DNA from: a virus
Virus record (IMG/VR): IMGVR_UViG_3300009502_001749
Location: 23,837 to 87,836 of that record
Reading direction: 5' to 3' (one strand)
Length of the DNA stretch: 64,000 bases
Shown: in pieces, positions 51,649 to 60,528 of the stretch
How positions within the stretch are numbered: position 1 is the first letter of the stretch
Layout: every line of letters begins with the position of its first letter
Translations under genes and position numbers: made by a program
Notes under the pieces: generated by a model
Told to the model about the DNA's origin: nothing
Seen by the model: only the letters and a program-made list of their open reading frames with translations
The model's database searches: none

Positions 51649-53157
51649 GTGGCTAATCAACTTTCAACAACTTTAAATAACACAACAAAGTCAATTACAA
51701 TTGAACAAGTTAGAAATTTTTTTAATGAATATATTAAAACATATTATCCATATAGAGATGAAGTTGTTTATTCAACATTAATTTCTAACTTAACAGAATA
51801 TTATTATAATAATATGTATAATGTTATTCCTCAAGAACTAAAAGAGTTTATTGAACAACACAATATAGATAATGTTGTTTTATATGATAGACTTCTTGTA
51901 TCTATTGGAGTACCAGACACATTAATTCGAGATCTTACATATGATGAAAAAGCTATATTTCTAAAAAATTTGGGAAATTTTTATCAATATAAATCAACTT
52001 TGAATTTTGTACAAAATCTTGGTGAAGTTTATAGTGAAACAAATATAGTTAATATTTATGAACTTTATATTGATTATGATTCATCATTATCACAACCATG
52101 GGTATTAAAACCTGTAAATATTTTTCATAATGATCAAGTTGATTTAAATGAAAATTCTTTAGATTATGTTGATGCTTATGATAAAATTCCATCTTTATTA
52201 ATTGAAACGACAAGACTTGATGCTATGAAAACTGCTGGTGAAATTGTTTTGCCGCTAAAATCAAACATATTATTTCTTGATTATAATTTAAATTTAGAAG
52301 TCAATTCATTACAATTTTTAATAGTTACAACATTTTTAAAAGAATATAAATCAGATTTTATCGAAGTTTATTTTTCAGATGGAAGTTCATTAAATTGTAG
52401 ATTAGGTTCAATATGTTTTGCTTGGTTTTATTTAATTAGTCAGTATTATTCATATAATTGGCCTGTAATAGGTCAAGTACCAACATATATTCCAATAATA
52501 CTAACAATGTCTTATGATAGTATTTCATTTCCATATAGTATTGGAGATATAAATCAATTAATAACTGATTATAATAATATATCAACAATAGCTGAAAGAG
52601 ATGATTATTATCGAGATAATTTTTCACAATATTTTCTTACACAAACAACATTTCAATCAGTTACACTTTTACAAATGCAAGGAATGTTAAGAAGTTTAGA
52701 TAAAAATTTAGGTTCATATTTGGATTCGTTAATAGATGCTTCTCCAAGTAATATTGAAGGATTATTAACAAATATTTATAATTCATTAATAGTATATAAT
52801 GACAATTTAGCATCATCTGATTTTAAAAAGTATTTTAGCTATTTTTTAAGTTTTCTACCACAAATTTTAGAAGATCCATCAAAAACAGCAACATATAAAA
52901 TTTTACAAGAATTTAAACCATATCATGTTGAATTATATTCAAGATTTCAAGAATCAATTCATTGTGATGATAAATTTAATTCTGCTTGGGTTGAAACATA
53001 TGATTATAATTTTCGATTAATTAAATTTTTAGCAAATATTTTTAATGCATCAGATATAGCAACTCACTCAACAGTATATACATATTCAGATACAGTAACT
53101 CCTGCTTCTATTGAAGATAGATATCAAATTATAGGAGGATCTGATATTGAACCATAG
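51649..53157 (+). CDS. Baseplate wedge protein, gp7/gpI-like
   Basis: FLKNLGNFYQYKST...NIYE and late FKPYHVEL; GTG start after GGAG. Confidence 0.6.
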   Translation: MANQLSTTLNNTTKSITIEQVRNFFNEYIKTYYPYRDEVVYSTLISNLTEYYYNNMYNVIPQELKEFIEQHNIDNVVLYDRLLVSIGVPDTLIRDLTYDEKAIFLKNLGNFYQYKSTLNFVQNLGEVYSETNIVNIYELYIDYDSSLSQPWVLKPVNIFHNDQVDLNENSLDYVDAYDKIPSLLIETTRLDAMKTAGEIVLPLKSNILFLDYNLNLEVNSLQFLIVTTFLKEYKSDFIEVYFSDGSSLNCRLGSICFAWFYLISQYYSYNWPVIGQVPTYIPIILTMSYDSISFPYSIGDINQLITDYNNISTIAERDDYYRDNFSQYFLTQTTFQSVTLLQMQGMLRSLDKNLGSYLDSLIDASPSNIEGLLTNIYNSLIVYNDNLASSDFKKYFSYFLSFLPQILEDPSKTATYKILQEFKPYHVELYSRFQESIHCDDKFNSAWVETYDYNFRLIKFLANIFNASDIATHSTVYTYSDTVTPASIEDRYQIIGGSDIEP

Positions 53158-53167
53158 TTAAAATATT

Positions 53168-53905
53168 TTGGAGGTTTTGGTTGTGTTAAATAATAATGAA
53201 GTGTTTGTAAAAGATGATTATGTAATTTTTGATAAATTAGCTTTAGAAATGAAAAAAAGACCTGGTAGAGGTCCAATTGGTTGGGTTCAAATTTTTCTTC
53301 AAACAAAAAATGGTCTTGTTTATGATGAAGGTTCAAATCTTGTAAGTGCACGAGGTCGTGAATTTGTTGCACAAAAGTTATTTGATTGTAATACTTATGT
53401 TGGTGGTACAAGAACTGATTGGAGAAAACATTTAGTAAGTCATTTTGCAGTTGGATCTGGTGGTTCTACAGTATCAGGTGGAACAGTAACTTTATTAGGT
53501 CCTTATATATGTGATACACAATTAATTCAAGGAATAGATCTTGGTATAAGTGGATATTTAACAGAGCCAGGAGGAACAATAACAGCTGTTAAACCAATAA
53601 CGTCAGATTTTGGTTCTACAGTTTTAGAGGTGCAAAGTTATAGTGGTGGAATAGTTTCATGTGACTATTATACCAAAATAAAAAACACTTGTATTGTTCC
53701 ATCAGGAGAACCATTTGATTTAAATCCAGGGGAATCTGTTAAAATTGATGAGACAGGACTTTATTTTGTATTGAATTCTGCCGCTAATCCATATACAGAT
53801 CCACCAATATACTCAGATCCACAATTATTTGCTCATATTTGTTTCGCTCCAAAATGGAAAGAAAAAGAGAGCTCACTAACTATTATTTGGTATATTTTGT
53901 GTTAA
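53168..53905 (+). CDS. Baseplate/tail-fibre collar-like protein
   Basis: NLVSARGREFVA; FAVGSGG; IDETGLY; LFAHICF..K. Confidence 0.6.
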   Translation: MEVLVVLNNNEVFVKDDYVIFDKLALEMKKRPGRGPIGWVQIFLQTKNGLVYDEGSNLVSARGREFVAQKLFDCNTYVGGTRTDWRKHLVSHFAVGSGGSTVSGGTVTLLGPYICDTQLIQGIDLGISGYLTEPGGTITAVKPITSDFGSTVLEVQSYSGGIVSCDYYTKIKNTCIVPSGEPFDLNPGESVKIDETGLYFVLNSAANPYTDPPIYSDPQLFAHICFAPKWKEKESSLTIIWYILC

Positions 53906-53986
53906 TAAATATTTTCTTTATGTTTTTTCCGGTTAAAATGTAAAGAATAATTTCTATTTGAATTTTTATAATTAAGGAGAGTTAAT

Positions 53987-56242
53987 ATGCCTGTCAATGA
54001 TCGGCGAGAGCCAGCGGTTTACGTTACAATTGAAGATGCAAGTTATGCAGCTCCAACTTTAGAAACAGGTAGGGTTGGTTATATTGCAACAATTTGTGAT
54101 CGTGGGGAACATAATAAAGTTATTACATTAACAAATCTTCAAGAATTTTATAGTAAGTTTGGAAAACCAAACTTTAGAAAAACAAGTCAAGCTCATTATT
54201 TGATAGATAAGTTTTTACAATATTCAAATAAATGTTTGGTTGTTAGAGTTATGCCAGAGGATGCATATTTGGCTAATAGTATAATTGAAGCATCAACAGT
54301 ATCACAGAAAATAGTTTATGGTACACCTGCAGTTGATGGTTCATTTTCATTTGTTTCAGCTGTTAGTGTTTCTGTATGGGAACAGGAAACTGCTTATTCT
54401 ATTGGTGATATAGTATCTGTTACAGATATTATAGGTTACACTTATGTTGCTGAAACTGATGGTACAAGCGGAAGTTCAAATCCAGTTTGGCCATTAACTC
54501 CTACTACAACTGTTTTAGACGGAACTGTTCGTTGGAGATGTGAAACTAATATTTATAACATAGTAACATGTCAGGATGTTGGTTCATATGGGGCAGTTAC
54601 AGCTGGTCAGTGGATTTTTGCAGAAGATGATAGTCCAACAAATGCAGCTCAAGTAGTTTCTAAATCAGATGTTGGTGGTTATTTCTTAACAATTGATAGA
54701 AATTATGATGGTACTGCACCTGTTGGTCCACCAAGTTTAGGTTATACATGTGATCCTTATCATCAGAAAAGTCAATTATCAGTCAGATCATCTGCCGATT
54801 TCAACAATCCTATTGTTAATGATTGGAGTAAAGTTGTTTATTGTTTCTATGCTAAAGGTGCAGGATCTTATTATAATAATGTAAGACTCAAAGGTGTTAG
54901 AAACATTCAGATGGAAAAAATGTATACTGATGATAATGGTGTTGTTTTATATCCTTATCTTTTTATGGATGTTGGAATTTACGCTATTAATTATGATGGA
55001 ACACAAACATTATTAGAAGGTCCTTGGACTGTATCTTTAACAAGAAGAACTCCAACTGGATCTATTATTCGTGACATTACTAGTGGTCAAGTTTTATATA
55101 TTGAAGATGTATTAAACGATTCAAGCAATGTTCTTGGTGTAGTTTCTGGTGATGGTGTAAATAATTTAATAAATGCAATTGATGCTGATCAAAGAAGACT
55201 TGAAGTTATGTTGTTACTCAGTATGTCTGGAACAACTATTCCAACAAGTGGAAATATTGCAGCTAATGGATTAACATTTTATAACGGTACTGATGGTACT
55301 GTAAATATTGATCCATCTTTACCAGGTACAAAGAAACCTATGTATGATGTTAATACTGGATATTTGGAAAGTGATAATACTTTTCTTTTGGGATTATTAA
55401 CAAGAGCTTATGAAGGAACATTAACTTCAACAGATGGTTCAATTGAACAGTTGCCTGAATGTGTTTATCCTTGGTTTGATATTGATTACATTGTGACTGG
55501 AGGGTATCCGGCAATAGTTCAGTATGGTGGAAGAACATTAGCTGATATTAGACAGGATTGTATTCATATTGGTGATACTGGTGCTTATGTAACAGATTAT
55601 CAAGATGATATAACTGCTAGATTAAATGATGTACCTTGGAATAATTGGACATCTATGTTGTATGTTCAGTATAGACGTATTTTTGATACTTTTACTGGTG
55701 AATATATGTGGGTAAATCCTGTATATCATGCTATTGAAAGACATTTATATTGCGATTCAGTTTATTTTCTTGCTGAGCCTGTTGCTGGTATTGAAAAAGG
55801 TGCAATTGGACAGAAGATAGAATTATCATATAAAGGTAATCATACTCAGCGTGGTGATTTACAGGATAAAAATCTTAATATGGTTATTGTAGAACCCCAG
55901 GGTAAATATATATTAACTCAATTAACAACCTGGAAAAGATTATCAGTTCTACAGAGAGGACATGTAGCTAAATTTGTAGCTTATATACGTAAAGAAATAC
56001 CTAAACTTCTCAAAGATATTTTACAGAGAAGGGCAACAGCTTATTGGATAGGTCAAGCACAATATAGGACAACTGAATTTTTGTCCAAGTTTCTTGAATC
56101 AAGTGTTGAAAGATATTCTGCACTTAAAACTTTTACAGTAAGTACAGTTTTTGATGATGTTAGAAGCGAACTTAACGTATATATAGATATTACTCCAATC
56201 AGATCGATTGAGAGAATTAATGTATTTATTATAGTTCATTAA
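53987..56242 (+). CDS. Contractile tail sheath protein (gp18-like)
   Basis: PAVYVTIEDAS; FYSKFGKP; VVRV; GAGSYYN; RQDCI; IDITPIRSIERINV. Confidence 0.9.
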   Translation: MPVNDRREPAVYVTIEDASYAAPTLETGRVGYIATICDRGEHNKVITLTNLQEFYSKFGKPNFRKTSQAHYLIDKFLQYSNKCLVVRVMPEDAYLANSIIEASTVSQKIVYGTPAVDGSFSFVSAVSVSVWEQETAYSIGDIVSVTDIIGYTYVAETDGTSGSSNPVWPLTPTTTVLDGTVRWRCETNIYNIVTCQDVGSYGAVTAGQWIFAEDDSPTNAAQVVSKSDVGGYFLTIDRNYDGTAPVGPPSLGYTCDPYHQKSQLSVRSSADFNNPIVNDWSKVVYCFYAKGAGSYYNNVRLKGVRNIQMEKMYTDDNGVVLYPYLFMDVGIYAINYDGTQTLLEGPWTVSLTRRTPTGSIIRDITSGQVLYIEDVLNDSSNVLGVVSGDGVNNLINAIDADQRRLEVMLLLSMSGTTIPTSGNIAANGLTFYNGTDGTVNIDPSLPGTKKPMYDVNTGYLESDNTFLLGLLTRAYEGTLTSTDGSIEQLPECVYPWFDIDYIVTGGYPAIVQYGGRTLADIRQDCIHIGDTGAYVTDYQDDITARLNDVPWNNWTSMLYVQYRRIFDTFTGEYMWVNPVYHAIERHLYCDSVYFLAEPVAGIEKGAIGQKIELSYKGNHTQRGDLQDKNLNMVIVEPQGKYILTQLTTWKRLSVLQRGHVAKFVAYIRKEIPKLLKDILQRRATAYWIGQAQYRTTEFLSKFLESSVERYSALKTFTVSTVFDDVRSELNVYIDITPIRSIERINVFIIVH

Positions 56243-56252
56243 TAATGTTAAA

Positions 56253-56287
56253 TATCGGCAAGATCTTTAAATTAGATCTTGCCGATA
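56253..56287. repeat. Dispersed palindrome copy 7
   Basis: Core identical to copy 3; lies between sheath and tube. Confidence 0.9.
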
Positions 56288-56313
56288 AAACATTTTATTA
56301 AAGGAGAATTTCT

Positions 56314-57090
56314 ATGCCAGATTCAACTTCAATTATAAGTAGATTCGCAACTAAATTTAATGATGCTATTAAAGATCGGGATAAACCTGATTTCTTAACT
56401 AGAGATATTGGTGGTCAATGGAGAACAAATCAACCTTACATATCAGGATATTTTCAGTTGATATTTGGTTTACCTCAAGTTCTTTATAATGGTGCCGTTA
56501 ACGCTGCAATTGCTTCAAGATGGTTACATAGTACATGTGAAGGATTTACTCCTCATACACAGAGTATTACAAAAATAGATATTATGGGACAAGGTCAAAT
56601 TGGTTCTTCATATATCTCAAATATGATAACATCAAGAGAATTCACAACTACATTTAGAGAGTATCAGAATTTACCAATGTTGAATATTATTAAACGTTGG
56701 AATCCTTTTGATCCTTTTACAGGTGTGAGTGCTTTATCCGGTAGTCAATTCATTCCTATAAATTATAAAGGTTGGATTGCTGTTATTCAAACTAAACCTG
56801 TTAAATCTCAGAATCAGGATCTTGCTGTTGAAGATGTTGAAGAATGTTATATTTATCAAGGTGTATTTCCAACAACTATTCCTATTGATGCATTTGGATC
56901 AGATATAACTGCAAACGATACAACTCAATTATCTGTAACATGGTCTTTTGATGGTGCGCCTCTTACATCTGCTGAAAGTGGTGTAACTGATAAATGTATA
57001 AGTTTATTAAAAGATCTTAGATATATGGGAAGTTCTGATAGTACATTTGATCATTATCATTCACATGGTTTATCAATTGGTGGTATATAA
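56314..57090 (+). CDS. Tail tube protein (gp19-like)
   Basis: Follows the sheath gene; FTTTFRE; YQGVFPTTIP...LSVTWSFD. Confidence 0.8.
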   Translation: MPDSTSIISRFATKFNDAIKDRDKPDFLTRDIGGQWRTNQPYISGYFQLIFGLPQVLYNGAVNAAIASRWLHSTCEGFTPHTQSITKIDIMGQGQIGSSYISNMITSREFTTTFREYQNLPMLNIIKRWNPFDPFTGVSALSGSQFIPINYKGWIAVIQTKPVKSQNQDLAVEDVEECYIYQGVFPTTIPIDAFGSDITANDTTQLSVTWSFDGAPLTSAESGVTDKCISLLKDLRYMGSSDSTFDHYHSHGLSIGGI

Positions 57091-57164
57091 ATAAAAATAA
57101 TCTTGAGAGCACAAATAATACTGAGTTAACGCCTCCCTAGTGTATTTCCTTGCTCTCGCCCTCT

Positions 57165-57195
57165 GAGACCTCCCTTCAACGGGAGGTCTCTTTTT
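57165..57195 (+). terminator. Intrinsic terminator of the late operon
   Basis: GAGACCTCCC-TTCAAC-GGGAGGTCTC followed by TTTTT. Confidence 0.85.
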
Positions 57196-57210
57196 ACCGC
57201 AAATAAAAAG

Positions 57211-57242
57211 AATTTGGGCTACCAATTAAGGTAGCCCAAATT
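57211..57242 (-). terminator. Terminator for the - strand block
   Basis: AATTTGGGCTACC...GGTAGCCCAAATT just past the stop at 57246. Confidence 0.75.
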
Positions 57243-57245
57243 TTA

Positions 57246-57590
57246 TTATTTTCTATCTTCAACTTGTTTATTCAAAGCTGCCCAGAACTCATCTTTTGTA
57301 CAAATTTCATATTTAATATATTGATCTTCGTAGTGCCACCATCCATCTGTTCTAAATCCCCAGATTAATTTGAGGGCTTTTTTGAATTCTTCTTCAGATT
57401 CTTCCCAAAGTTGTTTTACAACTGGAAATTTTTCAGAAAGTTCTACTTTAACTTGATCTTTTATTTTCCATTCAACACAATTAATTTCATGATATTGTGA
57501 ATTATGAATTTTTATCAAATTATACAAAAATTCATTTGCTATATTTTCATCATCTGTAAAGATTTGAAGTGTTATAGTTTTTTCGATCAT
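57246..57590 (-). CDS. Hypothetical protein
   Basis: RBS GGAG; 114 aa. Confidence 0.6.
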   Translation of the reverse strand: MIEKTITLQIFTDDENIANEFLYNLIKIHNSQYHEINCVEWKIKDQVKVELSEKFPVVKQLWEESEEEFKKALKLIWGFRTDGWWHYEDQYIKYEICTKDEFWAALNKQVEDRK

Positions 57591-57600
57591 TTATTTCTCC

Positions 57601-57948
57601 TTAACTGAAATAATACATTGCATGTTCTCCACAATGAGAAGTTTCTCTAATAAGTTTTCTTCCTTCCCATTTAATAATTTTCAAATATGTTCCTAAATTT
57701 TGTTCATCAACTATTTTTTTAAGAATTTGATGATTTCTTGAATTATATCTGAAACATCTGTGGTAATTATATTTCTGATTACTATCAATTTTTAATGTAT
57801 CACAGAAATCAATATATGATGTTTTCTTAGAAATTTCTGTATTATTATATACAGAAAACTTAATGATAATATTATTATTAAAACACCATTTATTAATATT
57901 GTTATTTTTATGACATTGACCTCTCATGCGGAAAACATTAATCCACAT
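57601..57948 (-). CDS. Hypothetical protein (start revised to MWINVF)
   Basis: Revised start removes the 125-nt overlap with the upstream gene. Confidence 0.5.
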   Translation of the reverse strand: MWINVFRMRGQCHKNNNINKWCFNNNIIIKFSVYNNTEISKKTSYIDFCDTLKIDSNQKYNYHRCFRYNSRNHQILKKIVDEQNLGTYLKIIKWEGRKLIRETSHCGEHAMYYFS

Positions 57949-57961
57949 ATTATTAAATACA

Positions 57962-58420
57962 TCAACTCCAACACAAAGGTACAAAGTCTCCTTCGATGAT
58001 AAGAGCAGGAATTTGAGCGTCATATACATAGTAGATTTCAGCCCAAGTTCTGAAAGTTCCAGTTGATGAAGTTTTAATTTCAACAACTACTTGAATATCT
58101 TTCAATCCAAATTTATCACCAACACATGTAAATGCTTCAACAAGTGTTATATATTTATCAATTGTTAATGGAAGGTATTCATATGTTCGTTGTTTAATCA
58201 TCCATGGACCATATCCAAAATCAACAGAATTTGGAGGTGATGTTTTATAATCTTTACCAACTCCAAGTTGCCATTCTTTTAAAACGTTTATAAATGTTTT
58301 AATTTTGAATTTTTGTAAATGATCTGTTGATAAATCATGAAGATCTTTATCTATTGGTAATATAATATTTAAAGTTACTTGACCATATCCATGTAAGTTT
58401 AAAATCCAAACGGTTTTCAT
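57962..58420 (-). CDS. Hypothetical protein
   Basis: RBS AGGAG; 152 aa. Confidence 0.6.
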   Translation of the reverse strand: MKTVWILNLHGYGQVTLNIILPIDKDLHDLSTDHLQKFKIKTFINVLKEWQLGVGKDYKTSPPNSVDFGYGPWMIKQRTYEYLPLTIDKYITLVEAFTCVGDKFGLKDIQVVVEIKTSSTGTFRTWAEIYYVYDAQIPALIIEGDFVPLCWS

Positions 58421-58585
58421 TTTCTTCTCCTTTATTTTTGACTAAAATATTTTTTGTTCCAATTTTTCTTTTTCTTTTGATGGAGATATTGTTTTAGTCG
58501 TTCATATGATTCTTTATCTTCTTTTAATTTTTCAGAGTTAATTTTAAGTTCAAATATCATTTCTTTTTCTGTTTCAATTTTAAAT

Positions 58586-59116
58586 TCATCCATTCTTTTT
58601 CCATCCATATCTTGGTTTAATATTCAAGTTTTCACAAATCAACTTTTCAATTTCTGGATAACTTGAAATCTTATCACCTTCATTTTCATAAACAGCTCTT
58701 GCTGAATTAATATCATTAATTTCTAAATAATGAATTAAAGTTCGAACAGAACTAACTCCTCTTCCATTATTTTCTTGTTTTTGAAGATCAAATAATTTTT
58801 TAGCTAAATTTTTTATTTTTTCAAATTCTTCTTGAGTAAACTTCATATCTTTTTCTTCTTGAGTTTCAGTTTCACCATTGACTAGATATTCTCTAGCATT
58901 GTGTATTGCACATTCCAATTCGAACAAACTGTTATCTGAATCTGTTTGAACAAATGATTGTGCCGCTTGAAGTAATTCTCTTAATCTTGTTTCTGGTATT
59001 TCTTTTCCAGCGTTAAAAGCCAATCCAAGAGCGAGTGTTTTTGACATTCTTCCTTCAGCAATTTCATCTAATAATTTAATAACATGTTCATCTCTTTTGT
59101 CGTTTATCTTTTTCAT
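58586..59116 (-). CDS. Hypothetical protein
   Basis: RBS AGGAG; 176 aa. Confidence 0.65.
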   Translation of the reverse strand: MKKINDKRDEHVIKLLDEIAEGRMSKTLALGLAFNAGKEIPETRLRELLQAAQSFVQTDSDNSLFELECAIHNAREYLVNGETETQEEKDMKFTQEEFEKIKNLAKKLFDLQKQENNGRGVSSVRTLIHYLEINDINSARAVYENEGDKISSYPEIEKLICENLNIKPRYGWKKNG

Positions 59117-59170
59117 TTCTTCTCCTTTTTTATAATAAGATTTAAGTAATAAACATACCTAATTTACTAT

Positions 59171-59182
59171 ATTATTTCTATA
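59171..59182 (-). promoter_or_regulatory. Candidate phage promoter element TATAGAAATAAT
   Basis: Exact consensus on the - strand, upstream of 59116. Confidence 0.45.
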
Positions 59183-59429
59183 TGAAATCGCACAAAATTA
59201 AAAATTGGCGGCAAGATCTATTTCTAGATTCTTGCCGCCAAAAGTTATTTATTTTTTCAATAATTTCCCAATTTTTACTTCTTTTTTGTTTTTCACTTAA
59301 TTGTTTACATAATTCATCAAAGCTTAAATTATCAACGTTAATATCAATTGATAATGTACTAAGTCTTAATAAATATATATTATTTATTTCTCTTTGTTTT
59401 ATTCCATTAAATGCAGTTAATAAATCCAT
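59178..59429 (-). CDS. Hypothetical protein whose 3' end runs through a palindrome
   Basis: AGGA RBS; follows the 59436 gene. Confidence 0.4.
   Translation of the reverse strand: MDLLTAFNGIKQREINNIYLLRLSTLSIDINVDNLSFDELCKQLSEKQKRSKNWEIIEKINNFWRQESRNRSCRQFLILCDFI
59205..59241. repeat. Dispersed palindrome copy 8 (variant arms)
   Basis: TTGGCGGCAAGA...TCTTGCCGCCAA, with compensatory changes in the outer arms. Confidence 0.8.
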
Positions 59430-59435
59430 TTGTTC

Positions 59436-59786
59436 CTAATCAATATATGAAACTGATTTTGCTATTTTCATACAAGTACAAAAAGCAAATCTTTTTTCAT
59501 CATAAATTACTTTTATTAATTTACCATTTACTGTTGCATCTTTAAATACTTTAATCATTTCTGTATTGTTTGGTATAAGAACACTAACATCTTCTTTTGA
59601 CATTGATCCAATTCCGTTTCTCATTATACCTAAACTTATATCAGCTTCAATATAATCTGGACATAATATTGGAGTTTCATTAGTGACTTTTTTAACTTGT
59701 CCTACTAAGTCACTATCTCTTTGAGAGTATCCACATCCAATAAGTAAACAAGTTATAAATATCAGTGTTATTATTTTTGATTTCAT
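59436..59786 (-). CDS. Putative lipoprotein
   Basis: Signal peptide with LIGC lipobox. Confidence 0.65.
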   Translation of the reverse strand: MKSKIITLIFITCLLIGCGYSQRDSDLVGQVKKVTNETPILCPDYIEADISLGIMRNGIGSMSKEDVSVLIPNNTEMIKVFKDATVNGKLIKVIYDEKRFAFCTCMKIAKSVSYID

Positions 59787-60334
59787 TCTTTCTCCTTTTG
59801 TATTTCTTGAACATAACGATTCACAATCTCATCTATTGAAACTGGCCGATAATTCCAAACATCAACCCCAACATTAATCACATTTTTACAAAGTTTGAAT
59901 AAATTATGAACATGTCCACACAGTTGAACATTTGGATTAAATACAACTGACCAAGCTGGATCATGATGTAGAAAAAATTTAATTTTTCCATTTTCTCCAT
60001 TTATTGAAGTATAATTCATTTCAGTTGCTAATGTTGTATGAACTGAAGCAAATCCAGCTTCAATCAAATCCCATGGTCTTTGTCTATCATGGTTACCTAA
60101 AATTAAATGATGTATACCATTCAGTTGACCTAAAATTCTTTCTATCATATGAACATCTCCAATAGGTAACATTGTGAAATCTCCAATATGATATGTTTCA
60201 TCATCTGGTCCAACAATTTCATTATGATTTTTAATAAATGTTTTGTTCATTTGTTTTGTTGTTTTAAATGGTCTTTCACATGGAAATATAATACCTTCAT
60301 GATAATAGTGTTCATCTGCCGTTAAATATTTCAT
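59783..60334 (-). CDS. Calcineurin-like metallophosphoesterase
   Basis: ADEH, GDF, GNHD, HHDP, GHVH, NVGVD. Confidence 0.88.
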   Translation of the reverse strand: MKYLTADEHYYHEGIIFPCERPFKTTKQMNKTFIKNHNEIVGPDDETYHIGDFTMLPIGDVHMIERILGQLNGIHHLILGNHDRQRPWDLIEAGFASVHTTLATEMNYTSINGENGKIKFFLHHDPAWSVVFNPNVQLCGHVHNLFKLCKNVINVGVDVWNYRPVSIDEIVNRYVQEIQKEKE

Positions 60335-60528
60335 TGATTATCATCTCCACTATATAAGATAATATTACTTATTCTATCATTTGCTCCTTGCAAACCATTT
60401 TCCAACTTTTTGATTCTTTTAATTAAATCAACATTTGTTTCTTTTAAAGATTTAATATCTTTTTGTGATGTAAAAACTTCTTTTTCAAGAATTTCTAATT
60501 TAGCTTTAAGACTTTCAATTGTTGGCAT
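60331..60528 (-). CDS. Small coiled-coil protein
   Basis: Overlaps both neighbours; heptad pattern. Confidence 0.55.
   Translation of the reverse strand: MPTIESLKAKLEILEKEVFTSQKDIKSLKETNVDLIKRIKKLENGLQGANDRISNIILYSGDDNQ

Noticed and set aside
53947-53958. Antisense promoter-like AATAGAAATTAT before the sheath gene
   Set aside because: One mismatch and no downstream gene in that orientation; plausible by chance in AT-rich DNA.
19395-59241. Palindromes as CRISPR repeats or IS ends
   Set aside because: They are dispersed kilobases apart, with no spacers, no transposase and no evident target-site duplications.
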